Assembly (NCBI GenBank): GCA_965216875.1
Contig: OZ244207.1
Span: 5,408,001 to 5,472,000, forward strand
From: Rubripirellula sp.
GTDB taxonomy: Bacteria; Planctomycetota; Planctomycetia; Pirellulales; Pirellulaceae
DNA: 64,000 bases
Direction of reading: 5' to 3'
Each line of letters starts with the position of its first letter. Position 1 is the first letter of the stretch. This document shows positions 30,010-39,791 of this stretch, one piece after another. Under the pieces are notes generated by a model that saw only the letters and a list, made by a program, of their open reading frames with translations, had not been told where the DNA came from and searched no databases. Made by a program: the position numbers and the translations under genes.

Positions 30010-30735
30010 TTAGCGCCAAGGCATCAAACGCCGAAGCCCTTCGTGATCCTCGATCGGCTGAGCGATGTAGGGGCTGTCTAGTCGAGCGCGTTCGCGCACG
30101 CGATCAGTAATGGCGTGATCGCCAAAGGCAAAGTAGGCCAAGATAAAAAGCTTGGCGTAGACCGATACGTTGGCCAATGGATTGTTGCTGAAGAATTTAA
30201 GCGCGGTGCCGAAAGACTTTTTCAAACGAAAGCCCCGACTAACGTCGATGCTCCAAATCTCGTCCATCACCAGATGCGTCATGAAGCCGACGACAACCGC
30301 TGCGCTTTTGTAGATGCGAATTGACTCACTTGGACAAGGCATCACGAGGTAAGCAAGGAGTCCTGCGGAGACCGCTGCCGGGATGCTGTGCCACATACCG
30401 CGGTGCACGGTGTAGCGTTTGAAGAACTCGACTGCCACAAACCGGATAGCGATGTAGATCAACATCGCCGCAAGCGCCATCGCTTCGTGTGAGAGACCGA
30501 GGTCTCGAAAGCGATCGATCATCAGCATCGGGATGACCGCGGCGGCAAACATACTTGTTTCGCGAAGCGGGATCCCCGAATCACTGTCGAGGTCAGGCAA
30601 CATGCCACTGACTGCGCACAGACCTCCGGCAAGGATACCGCTCTCGAGAGACATCGATTGATAGGCGACGCCCCAATAGCCGTATCCGATCCCAACGATC
30701 GTGCTACCGGTAATGTGCGATTTAAAGTCAGCCAC
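30010..30735 (-). CDS. Inner-membrane metal-dependent hydrolase (YdjM-like)
   Basis: F.SH, LPDLDSD, HRGMWHS and HLVMD motifs. Confidence 0.85.
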   Translation of the reverse strand: MADFKSHITGSTIVGIGYGYWGVAYQSMSLESGILAGGLCAVSGMLPDLDSDSGIPLRETSMFAAAVIPMLMIDRFRDLGLSHEAMALAAMLIYIAIRFVAVEFFKRYTVHRGMWHSIPAAVSAGLLAYLVMPCPSESIRIYKSAAVVVGFMTHLVMDEIWSIDVSRGFRLKKSFGTALKFFSNNPLANVSVYAKLFILAYFAFGDHAITDRVRERARLDSPYIAQPIEDHEGLRRLMPWR

Positions 30736-30857
30736 TTACGTCCGTTTTGCAAGCAAGCAGTGCAGGGCAGTGGAGTCGAGCGCAACAGCGCACTGTAAAA
30801 GACGTAAGTACGCCAAACCAAGCACCCCCGACAACCCCGCTCCCATTGCAAGCATTC

Positions 30858-31004
30858 CCAACAGGGGACAGGCACCCAACAGGGGACAGGCACCTCATGC
30901 AAGCATTCATCCAACCACCCTCACCTGTTTTGCCAGCAACCCATTCGTTTGATTCGTGCGATCCGTGGCTCCCTCTCATTCGTTTGATTCGCGCGATCCG
31001 TGGT
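30858..31004. repeat. Tandem CCAACAGGGGACAGGCAC x2 and ATTCGTTTGATTCG(T/C)GCGATCCGTGG x2
   Basis: Direct repeats read from sequence. The second family also occurs, reverse-complemented, at about 41414 and 42073. Confidence 0.75.
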
Positions 31005-31189
31005 CTTAGTCCCCTCCACCTTCGATCGCCGTTGGTTCCGCGACCTTCAACGATTGGTCTTCGCTTGGGGGTTCGTCGACCGCTATACTCGCCGAACCGC
31101 TGTCACCAATCGGACCTTCACGGTTGTGTTGCTATCAAACGTGAAATCTCTCGTGGTGCAGACCCACCCAATCAATTCTCCTGACGTGC

Positions 31190-31927
31190 ATGGATGCCCC
31201 CATGGAGATTTACGACATCATCATGTTGATCGTCCTGATCGGCGCAATGATCTTTGGCGCTGTGAAAGGATTCGCGTGGCAACTTGCCTCAATCGCTTCG
31301 ATCGTTGTCAGCTACATTGTCGCGTACCGATTTCGCGAGCCGTTCAGCGAGTCGATTCAAGCCGAGCCGCCGTGGAATCGCTTCCTCGCGATGCTGATTC
31401 TGTACCTTGGCACATCGCTGGTGATCTGGGTTGCATTCCGCATGATCAGCGGCTCGATCGACCGGTTGAAATTGAAGGAGTTTGATCGGCAAGTCGGCGC
31501 AATGTTTGGGCTGGCCAAGGGAGCGTTGTATTGCGCCTTGATCACGCTTTTCGCCGTCACGCTGCTCGGCAACAAGACGCGTGACAAGATCGTCGCTAGC
31601 AAAAGCGGACGCTACATCGCCCAGGTGCTCGACCGCAGCGGCGCGGTCATGCCCCCAGAAATCCACCAAGTCATCGGACCCTATTTGGATCGCTTTCAAC
31701 AACGGTTTCACGAACCGAGTTCGACGTCGCCATCACAGGTCGTTCCTTGGATTGCAGGCGACCAGAATGGGCAAAGATCGTGGGACGGAGTCCCGCTTCC
31801 AAACGCCGATCAGTTGCGTGAATCGTTCCGCAATCAGCTACCACAAAACAGCCCGTTGCCAATCGATCCCGGCCAGTACGTTCCCCAGCAACAACCCAGC
31901 CAACCCCGCAGCTCATTTGGCTTCTAG
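31190..31927 (+). CDS. CvpA family membrane protein
   Basis: YDIIML..., GAVKGF and DRQVGAMFGLAKG motifs; four TM segments. Confidence 0.88.
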   Translation: MDAPMEIYDIIMLIVLIGAMIFGAVKGFAWQLASIASIVVSYIVAYRFREPFSESIQAEPPWNRFLAMLILYLGTSLVIWVAFRMISGSIDRLKLKEFDRQVGAMFGLAKGALYCALITLFAVTLLGNKTRDKIVASKSGRYIAQVLDRSGAVMPPEIHQVIGPYLDRFQQRFHEPSSTSPSQVVPWIAGDQNGQRSWDGVPLPNADQLRESFRNQLPQNSPLPIDPGQYVPQQQPSQPRSSFGF

Positions 31928-32006
31928 TGACCGCAGACGCGAACGTCGGGCAGTGGGACAAGCCAAACGCGAGAAACGCCTATTCCTATAGGTTTACGCA
32001 GCATTA

Positions 32007-32034
32007 ATACAACATAAGGGGCATTATCGGACGT
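32007..32034 (-). other. dif: Putative chromosomal dif site (XerC/XerD recombination site)
   Basis: Minus strand ACGTCCGATAA-TGCCCC-TTATGTTGTAT has the 11-6-11 layout. The XerD arm matches E. coli TTATGTTAAAT at 9 of 11 positions. Intergenic; KOPS polarity and gene orientation flip here. Confidence 0.85.
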
Positions 32035-32199
32035 TGCTGAGAGGGCGAAATCGACTGTGCTGGGCGTCCCCAGCCGTGCGGCGCCCATTGTTGCGAGCCA
32101 TGATCACGTCAGCGAACGAGCTTTCACATGCCACTTCATGAGCGGTGATTTTGCTTCTGCGTCCGCACCATCGCTCGCCGTAGAGAGGCCGGGTTTTGT

Positions 32200-32290
32200 G
32201 ACAGTCTTTTGCTCCGCCAAAGCTGGCCTGGCGGACGCTGCTTTCCCCGGTTTGTGAACGCTGCTTTCGCGGAGCGAAAGGCGACTATCA
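32200..32290. repeat. REP-like inverted pair (TTTTGCTCCGCCAAAG ... CTTTCGCGGAGCGAAAGGCGAC)
   Basis: Same family at 33302-33329 and 60634-60697. Confidence 0.75.
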
Positions 32291-32753
32291 AAGACTGACT
32301 CCAGTCGGCTCCGGTAGGCCCCGTCCACACACATTTCACTTCCAAACAGCTTCCTAAAAAATACTGTGGCGAGCTCGCTGAACTCGTCGGAACTCTCCCT
32401 GAGAGCACTCGCGTGTCGACTGGCTCACATCGCCGACCAGCCTTCTCGCGACCGTTGCCACAAATGCTGCGAATGTGCAATTTCCGATCACTTGGTTCAA
32501 TCGAACCAAACCGACCTGAATCCCGGATCGTTTTTTGCATCAAAACACTTCCCGAACCCCTTACGATTCAGTTTCGCCTGCTCCCATTCTTTCGCCCCAG
32601 CGCAAGAACCGCTATCGCGTGCACTTCCAAGACTGCCGCAGCTGTGATCTTTTTGACAGCAACAGATCGCCACCGCCCTATTCGTAGCTCACCGGTAACT
32701 GGTAGTGCCTGAAGATTCCGGCTGAAGCTCGGTACTACAAACGGTAGATTTCC

Positions 32754-33245
32754 TTGACCTTGTCACCAAAACCAACACCGGGACTCAAGTGGCCCAAGGG
32801 TTACGACCAAGCGTGCGAGAGCCCTTCGGATTGGCCGCAATACGTGTTCGAGTTTGCCATGATCGGCGAAGACCCTCGCGGAGGCGGCGATTCGACATGG
32901 CTGTATTACTTCCACCAACCACTCCTTCGCTGGTTGCAGAGAGTTGGAGCACCTCCGAAAGCCTTCGCTAACAATCCCATTCGGATTCGGCGTCAAGAGC
33001 TTCGCTGGCAGATTGGCGAACCGAAGAACAGCTTCCGAATTATGCGAGAATCGATCGAGCGTTTTTTCGATCAGGGATTCGCCCGATACGGAGTGAGGTT
33101 GATGCAATCGTATGCCGAGCATATGTACTGGGCTTCAAAGGCCGATCAGCATCACAACCAATTCAACATCAATACTTGGATGCAAAAACAACACGAACTC
33201 ATTCAATCGCATCTCAACGTTGATCGCCGCGCAGATGCTTTCTAG
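32754..33245 (+). CDS. Hypothetical protein
   Basis: 163-aa ORF between REP clusters; no motif recognised. Confidence 0.55.
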   Translation: MTLSPKPTPGLKWPKGYDQACESPSDWPQYVFEFAMIGEDPRGGGDSTWLYYFHQPLLRWLQRVGAPPKAFANNPIRIRRQELRWQIGEPKNSFRIMRESIERFFDQGFARYGVRLMQSYAEHMYWASKADQHHNQFNINTWMQKQHELIQSHLNVDRRADAF

Positions 33246-33786
33246 CGTTTGATCGCCAACTCCCCTGCCCTACTCCATTCGCCTGACGTCCCTTGCCCAT
33301 TGTCGCCTTTCGCTCCGCGAAAGTAGCGCCCGAACAGTGCCGCCTCCCGCATCAGACCGCTTTCGCCCATTTCGTTTCTTCCGCGGTTATCAAGCCTGAC
33401 GCTGAAGCCACCACGCGCGGCCTTGGCCTTCACACATGTCCAAGAGATGACGAACCGCGAAAAAGACGAAATCAGCGAAACAAATGGAATGAGCATCTCT
33501 TTAATGCGCGAGCAGCACATACCTTCAAAAGCTGATTAGCAGGTCGCGCTGCGCACGAAGATGGCATTAGAATGGAGCGCGCATTAATAGAGCATCAACC
33601 GTTATCCGACAGTAGGCAAATCGAATGGACATTCGAGAGGCAATTCGACTAGCAAAGGAAGCCAACGCTACTTCGCTAAAACTCTCCAGCGTTTCTGAAG
33701 ATGACATCGAATTGCTCAAAACCATCGCAAGCTCGAGAGCGGTGGTGGTTAACGAATCCTGAAACAACCTCTCCTCCCATCACCCA

Positions 33787-34386
33787 GTGATTCCGCGCAT
33801 GGCAGACTTGCGGCATTATGACGACTGGCTCACGCTACCCGAAGATGCGCGAGAGCATTTCCACCGCGCTTGGGACGTCTATTCTCACGAGATGTTCTGG
33901 GTGCCCATGTGTGCCGCCAGTCGGTTAGCTGCCCAGACACATGTGCCAGTAATCGATCTTTATGCCGGAATCTGGCATGGCGGCGAATACGTTCTTCATT
34001 TGACAGTTCCCAAAGCATCCCTTCCCTCCCTTCCGCGGCCACTTGAACAGACATTTGAAGGCTTCCGAGTCATTTGGGTCGGTGACACGGCAGACGTCGC
34101 ATCGCCAAACCGATTCTATGGCACCTGGCATTCATCAGGTGACTTTGGCTCTTTTCAAATCACCGTTGCCGATAGCGCCGAAGGATTGCATGTCGAATGC
34201 ATTGACACAGTAAGCGGCCAGGTACATGACGTGATGTCCCCATCGGTGCATTTGGATCAACTGAGCTTCACAAGTCGCTCGGACGAACGATGTCTATTCC
34301 ACACGCTGGACCTCGACACTGGCGACAAGTTCAATCACCGGATTACTCGGTGCCAAGTTGCTCGACACATCCGCGACGAATCGTAG
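33787..34386 (+). CDS. Hypothetical protein
   Basis: 199-aa ORF with protein-like composition; no motif recognised. Confidence 0.6.
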   Translation: MIPRMADLRHYDDWLTLPEDAREHFHRAWDVYSHEMFWVPMCAASRLAAQTHVPVIDLYAGIWHGGEYVLHLTVPKASLPSLPRPLEQTFEGFRVIWVGDTADVASPNRFYGTWHSSGDFGSFQITVADSAEGLHVECIDTVSGQVHDVMSPSVHLDQLSFTSRSDERCLFHTLDLDTGDKFNHRITRCQVARHIRDES

Positions 34387-34571
34387 CGATGGGTTACAAC
34401 AGAGACAGCGAGCCGACGCTTTTGCCCCTATCGATATTCCATGGCTGATCATGCAACTTTTCCGTTCGAAACAGCGTGGCCCCACATCCCTTTGAAGGGC
34501 TTTCGAGATGGGGACACCTACACGAGCTTTAGCAAATGCTAATGCTAATGCCTTGTGGCCTTGCAGGCAGA

Positions 34572-34862
34572 TTACCAGAGATCGAATTCTATCAGTTTTG
34601 TGTCTGGATGGACTTCATTCTGGTCCCATCCTGTCGTTTCGGAAACAATTCTTCGAACTGTGAGACTGACCTCAGGATGTACCTCCGGAATCAGTTCACA
34701 AAACTCTTGATCTGAGATTGTTGGCTGCTTACTGATCTGATTTCGAAGTTCATCCATGTACATCTCAGCTTTTACCGTCGCATAGCAAACGAAAATAACC
34801 ACAGCCACTAAGCCGGTGAGAAGGATCAGAAGAAAGATAGCCATCAGATTATCGTCTCCCAA
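34572..34862 (-). CDS. Small hypothetical membrane protein
   Basis: N-terminal TM helix plus a small acidic domain; alternative ATG at 34844. Confidence 0.55.
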   Translation of the reverse strand: MGDDNLMAIFLLILLTGLVAVVIFVCYATVKAEMYMDELRNQISKQPTISDQEFCELIPEVHPEVSLTVRRIVSETTGWDQNEVHPDTKLIEFDLW

Positions 34863-35253
34863 GTTCGGATAAGAGCACGGATCACCGGGAATGCTAGACT
34901 CAGCGATATCTCAATCCACCAATGGTATTGCCGGGAGGCCTCGCAGGCAATTCCGCTGATGGTTCGCGGGTTCTTCGGTTGGTCTGGGCCTGACGGAGCT
35001 GGCGACGGTTCACGCAGTGTTTCGCTCGCCTGGTTCGCGTGTGCCTTCGGTCGCGTGCTTAGGCGAGCGGGTTCACGCCCAATGTTCCTCACGGCGCGAT
35101 GCTCGTCGGTGCAGTCGTCTTGTTCTATGTGATCAGGCAATGGGGCTAGGCGGCATCGTGAGCCAGGTGGTCGCGCGACCGATGTAGAATGTTGACCCCT
35201 GCTCGCCCGGTCACTCATTCATCAAGACAATCTCCTTTTGGATTCGAAGACGT

Positions 35254-35637
35254 ATGTCAGCATCGAGTAAGCTTTCGACCATCCATCAAATTGCGATCAC
35301 CGTGAGTGACGTTGAATCGGCTGTCGCGTTCTACAACGGTGTCCTTGGATTGGACCTCTTGTTTCGAGCGGGACCCAATCTCGCGTTCCTCGACGCTGAT
35401 GGCGTCCGCATCATGCTGACAACGCCACAGGGCGCGGGCACGGTCGGCGCCAACTCGATCTTGTATTTTCGTGTGCAGGATATCGTTGCGGTACATGCAG
35501 CACTCGTGGAACAGGGAGCCACGAGCGAACGTGCACCTGAGCTTGCCGCCAAAATGCCAGACCACGAACTCTGGTCTGGATTCCTCCGTGACCCCGACGG
35601 GAATCTCGTCGGACTGATGGAAGAGAAACGCGAATAG
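35254..35637 (+). CDS. VOC family (glyoxalase/bleomycin-resistance-like) protein
   Basis: IHQIAITVSDVESAVAFY and FLRDPDGN motifs. Confidence 0.9.
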   Translation: MSASSKLSTIHQIAITVSDVESAVAFYNGVLGLDLLFRAGPNLAFLDADGVRIMLTTPQGAGTVGANSILYFRVQDIVAVHAALVEQGATSERAPELAAKMPDHELWSGFLRDPDGNLVGLMEEKRE

Positions 35638-35799
35638 CCAACCATCGATCGAGACGCTCGCTCGCCTTTCCCCTACCCTGCCCCGTGCGTGATGACGTTA
35701 TGACCGCCGCGAGATGTTGAAGAGAAAAGGGACACCGCGAATGATGTCGCCATCCGATTTACCGAAGGATGGGTGGTCAGTTGCATGCGACGAGGTTGT

Positions 35800-36087
35800 C
35801 CTGTGAGCCGTGATCGCGCGAACGGCCGGGCGATTCACTCGTTTCCCCATAGCGCGAACGCTCGTCATGCGGAGCATGACCTACGAAGAGGACGCGGAGC
35901 GTCCGAAGAGTGCGTTACCACGCGGAGCGGGGTAACGAGGCATGCTAGAGAATAGTGGCCGGTTCGTAGTACCGAGCTTTAGCCGGAATCTTCTCGCATT
36001 CCGCCCAGCGGCGAGACTACAAACGGTACGATGCACGAACCACCTTCTGGCGAAGGTAGCTACGCAATGCCAAAGGCCCGACGCTAG
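35800..36087. repeat. Mosaic REP-like cluster
   Basis: Modules GTGAGCCGTGATCGCG, CGTCATGCGGAGCATGACCTAC, GGACGCGGAGCGTCC...GTTACCACGC, GTAGTACCGAGCTTTAGCCGGAATC and CCACCTTCTGGCGAAGGTAGCTAC. Confidence 0.85.
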
Positions 36088-37764
36088 CCCGAATTATTCA
36101 TGGGTTTTGAGATTTTGAGTTGCTGGGGTGATCGAGGTTGTTTTTCGGGGGCTGTGCCGAAGTCGGCGCGGAGGGCCCCTTACCCCAATGACCTGATTGG
36201 CCACGAGCGACTAGCGAGCGCTTCGATGGGGGCGATTAGTCGCTGGCATGGTAGGCCGCCAGTGCGACACTGACTCGGTGTAGGTGTCGCCAGTGAGGCC
36301 AAGAAGTTGGAACGAGAAGACGCACCTTGCGGCTAAGCAGTTCCACTCGCGCTGCCACTTTCACGACCAGTTTTCGCCAAGTCATCGCTTGCCCGCGACC
36401 CAATGGATCGTGTCGGCGATTGCGACTTCGGTGACGCTGCTTTTGAGGTGTTGGCAACGCCTCGAATGGAAGGTGGGTTGACGGATCGACCGGTTCATCC
36501 AGTGGGCTCGCAACGATCCTCCGTAGTCTCGCCAGCAAGTTGTAAGAGACACAGTGCAACATCATCCGGAACAGATTCGCCATGTAGCGGTGGTCGCTCA
36601 GGCGGTCAGCGCAGAGGTCCACACTCAATTCTTTGTTTCGGTTTTCACTTTCGCCCCGATCCCCATACTCTTGATAGACTCCGTCGGGGTATTGCTCGGC
36701 GCCTGGACGATTGGTCACCACGACACGTCGGTTGGTTCCTTCGCTGGTCACTTCACATTTAAAGACCAAGTCACGTTCCCGTTTCCAGGTTCCAGCTTGA
36801 TGTTTGCGGTGCATGAACCGACACTGCTCCTGTCCGGACGACTCGAATGCCAACTCGGCAACACACTTCAATTCGTCCGTAAATCTCCGCATTAACCGGT
36901 CCATTTGGTAACCGATGCTATACGTCACTCCGGAGCGAGATTCCAGTGCCTCGTAGATGTAGGGTGTGGCGAAGCCGTTGTCGGCTCGCACATGCACCCG
37001 AACATCCGGGAACTTCTGACGCAACGCGTCGATGATTCGAAGCAGGTCATCGTCTGCGGCCAATGCAACATTGGCCGTCCCATACAGCAAAACAGGGAGA
37101 ACCACCTGTTGGTTTTCAGCACAAGTGATCACACGCTCCTGGTACATGTGCTGACGGTAAAACCCGTTGAAGAAGGTTAGTTGCTGGGCGCCGTGCGTGG
37201 CGTCGGCAAAGGTGTCGATATCAAGGGTGACCTCGGAGGGTGGCTCGTCAAACGACTCGACGAATGCCTTGATGAACCAGTCCTCCAGAGCCAGCAGATC
37301 TCTCGGGGTGATCCCATTTTCAATTCTGGAGATGGTGGGCTGACTCGCCAAATCCCCCTCTTGAACCGTACGCCCAGCGATCAACTTGAAGATAGGATCC
37401 GAGCGCAACGTGTCGTGATCGTCTTGGTCTTCGTAGCCAGCGATGATTCCAAAAACGCGCTGTCGAATAACGCTCAAGTGAGAATGAGTCGGCTTGCGTC
37501 TGACTTCGCCGATGCAATTAGAAAACGATTCAGTCAGCCCGAGCTTATCGTCGAGTTCGCGGAACACCACGAGGCCACCATCGCAACTGACATGTTCGTC
37601 AACTTGCCGAACTTCAATCGTTCGCCCCGGGAAAAAGTCGAACAACGCTGGCTGTAAATCGTGTACCATTGGGGCGAGCCTTTTTGTGGGTCGTAAGTTG
37701 ATGTCAGATACCAACTTGGACGCACGAAAGGCTCTTTTCGTTCAACTCTGATGAATAATTCGGG
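36088..37764 (-). mobile_element. IS1380-family insertion sequence, 1677 bp
   Basis: Perfect 14-bp terminal inverted repeats CCCGAATTATTCAT (36088-36101 and 37751-37764); CTAG target duplication (36084-36087 and 37765-37768). Confidence 0.93.
36236..37714 (-). CDS. IS1380-family DDE transposase
   Basis: S.DGG, AGYED.DD..LRSDP, LASQPTISR.E, LDID, HG.QQ, RADNGF and RGESENR.KE motifs; alternative start ATG 37669. Confidence 0.93.
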   Translation of the reverse strand: MVSDINLRPTKRLAPMVHDLQPALFDFFPGRTIEVRQVDEHVSCDGGLVVFRELDDKLGLTESFSNCIGEVRRKPTHSHLSVIRQRVFGIIAGYEDQDDHDTLRSDPIFKLIAGRTVQEGDLASQPTISRIENGITPRDLLALEDWFIKAFVESFDEPPSEVTLDIDTFADATHGAQQLTFFNGFYRQHMYQERVITCAENQQVVLPVLLYGTANVALAADDDLLRIIDALRQKFPDVRVHVRADNGFATPYIYEALESRSGVTYSIGYQMDRLMRRFTDELKCVAELAFESSGQEQCRFMHRKHQAGTWKRERDLVFKCEVTSEGTNRRVVVTNRPGAEQYPDGVYQEYGDRGESENRNKELSVDLCADRLSDHRYMANLFRMMLHCVSYNLLARLRRIVASPLDEPVDPSTHLPFEALPTPQKQRHRSRNRRHDPLGRGQAMTWRKLVVKVAARVELLSRKVRLLVPTSWPHWRHLHRVSVALAAYHASD

Positions 37765-37863
37765 CTAGCGCGTTCGGCTCACGGGCTGGGACGTGGAGCG
37801 CCCGAAGAGTGGCCAATCATCGCGAGATGCGGAACCGCCAGCGAAACGAAAGAAGCGAAAAAC

Positions 37864-38274
37864 ATGATGCCAAAGTACTTGGGGGCAATTTTGGGCGTCT
37901 GCGTCTTGTCGGTGCTCATTCTCGTACTGATGCGTAGTGAGTCGGAGATTGAATTACGACTAAAGCGTGACCTCAATCTCTCGAGTGTCTGGACGGTGAG
38001 CTTGGTTGAAAAAACATCATTTCCGTCGACGAACAACCGGGAAACTCGAGAAGAAGCGTTGTTCGTAAAGTCTGCTGGGCGGAAGCACGTGCTCGCACTC
38101 GCATACCGAAATCCAGACTCTCCGAACGCGAATGAGTCTCGGTGGAGAATCGCCGAAACAAGCATCATGTCCGATGACGGCCGAGACGAGTGGATTTGCC
38201 ACGAACGTGCATTTTACTACTTCCCGTCGAGAGCAGAGATCGAGCAATTCCGTACTGATGCGCCCTGGTATTGA
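37864..38274 (+). CDS. Hypothetical protein with N-terminal TM/signal
   Basis: 136-aa ORF with hydrophobic N-terminus. Confidence 0.55.
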   Translation: MMPKYLGAILGVCVLSVLILVLMRSESEIELRLKRDLNLSSVWTVSLVEKTSFPSTNNRETREEALFVKSAGRKHVLALAYRNPDSPNANESRWRIAETSIMSDDGRDEWICHERAFYYFPSRAEIEQFRTDAPWY

Positions 38275-38519
38275 TTGTCCCCTAGTTGATCCGCGTGTGT
38301 TCGCTGTGCAGACGTGCGTCGGATTGTGGATACCGTAGAGATACCGGCGGCTTGCTGCTTGCTGCTCGATAGGTGCCAGTGAGTCGCCGTGAGGGCTCGT
38401 TCCTTTGCGTTTCGCAATCGAGTGTAAGGCCCGGCCGCTTACGCGATCGCGGCTCACTTGTGGTGCGTGCTGGTCGAATTGCATACCGGCGGCTCGTGCC
38501 TTGCCGCTCATTGGCTGTG

Positions 38520-39536
38520 TCAGGCTCCGCGTCGCTCGGCGACGACTCGGTTGCCGCCGAGGCCTTTGGCTTCGTAGAGAAGCTTGTCGGCTCGTTCGTA
38601 GAGGCTCTTTTCGTCGTCGGTAGCTCGCAGCACAGCGAGGCCAACCGAGATGGTTGCCACTCCGAGTAGGTCCCCCGATTCAACCATGGTCAATTTCTCT
38701 GAAGCCATTGCGGAGCGAATTCGCTCAACCATCTCCTCCGCCTGATGACTACCTTCCGATCGCAAGAACACCGCGAACTCGTCGCCGCCAAGACGCGCGT
38801 GCTCGGCTTCGGGAATCAGAGCTTTGAGGCGTGTTGCGACATGTTTGATGACCAGATCGCCAACCTCGTGCCCAAACGAGTCGTTGACCGCTTTGAGCTT
38901 GTCCATGTCCAAGAGCGCTAGAAACACATCTCGCTCGGAAGCCTCTGGAGCTCGCAAGAGCTGACGCAAGACGGTGTCAAAGTAGCGACGATTCCCGATA
39001 CCCGTCAGCGGATCGATCATCATCGCGCGCTGAGACTCGGCGAGCAATTGACGTAGATCTCGAACGGTCGTCGTCATGCCGTCGAGCGCAAGGGCTGACT
39101 GCTGGAGCTCCGATTTCATCTCGGCCGTCGCCGCCAACAACTCGCCAATGCACTCAGCGAGTTCTTCCGAACTGAGTCCATCGCTGATCGACTTGACGGC
39201 GTCGCTGAGTGTATCGGTATAGGTACCGCCGGCGTCCTTCTGCCGATTCACCACCAACTGCAAACTCACCAACTCGCATGTCAGTGTCGTTTGAACGTCG
39301 GCGATCGACTCATTTACTTTCACACAATGTTGTTCATGAAGCGAATGTAAATAGTCACCGTCGATCGTCCGCCCCTGATCGATGGCAACATCGAGGGCTT
39401 CGACCAAGGCCTCGTTCTCTCGCTGCGAGTATCGGTACCAGACCTCATAGATTTCTGGCGTCGCTGGCGTTTGAAACCGCGCGATGAGTTGAAGGACTTC
39501 CTGAACAACGCGAACTCCTTCCGTTTGACCGTCCAA
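38520..39536 (-). CDS. Cytoplasmic diguanylate cyclase
   Basis: TPEIYEVWY N-terminal motif, coiled coil, DPLTGIGNRR, D.D.LK.VND.FGH.VGD and RLGGDEF. Confidence 0.92.
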   Translation of the reverse strand: MDGQTEGVRVVQEVLQLIARFQTPATPEIYEVWYRYSQRENEALVEALDVAIDQGRTIDGDYLHSLHEQHCVKVNESIADVQTTLTCELVSLQLVVNRQKDAGGTYTDTLSDAVKSISDGLSSEELAECIGELLAATAEMKSELQQSALALDGMTTTVRDLRQLLAESQRAMMIDPLTGIGNRRYFDTVLRQLLRAPEASERDVFLALLDMDKLKAVNDSFGHEVGDLVIKHVATRLKALIPEAEHARLGGDEFAVFLRSEGSHQAEEMVERIRSAMASEKLTMVESGDLLGVATISVGLAVLRATDDEKSLYERADKLLYEAKGLGGNRVVAERRGA

Positions 39537-39791
39537 ATCTTCACCTCACCTCGCGTCCTTGGGCATTGACCGCGGCGATCCGGACCAACATCGGCCCGCG
39601 CTCTGGTGAGCGTCGCTGCGACGGATTGTAGACTCACACAAGTTGCAACTCCCGCAATCTCGACGCGAAGTCTATCCCAAGTACCGCCTCATCAAAACAT
39701 CGAAAAAATCAGCCGACACAGGAAACTCGGTTCAACTTTGGCACAGCGTGATTCCTGGGGGCTCGCTCTCAGGCAGTTGCAAAATGCTGGG

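Noticed and set aside
34531..34551. Short AATGCT tandem repeat
   Set aside because: Only about three units in an intergenic gap; no evidence of function.
32700..38300. Integron cassette array
   Set aside because: Genes are in mixed orientation, and I could not identify attC R-box pairs or an integrase.
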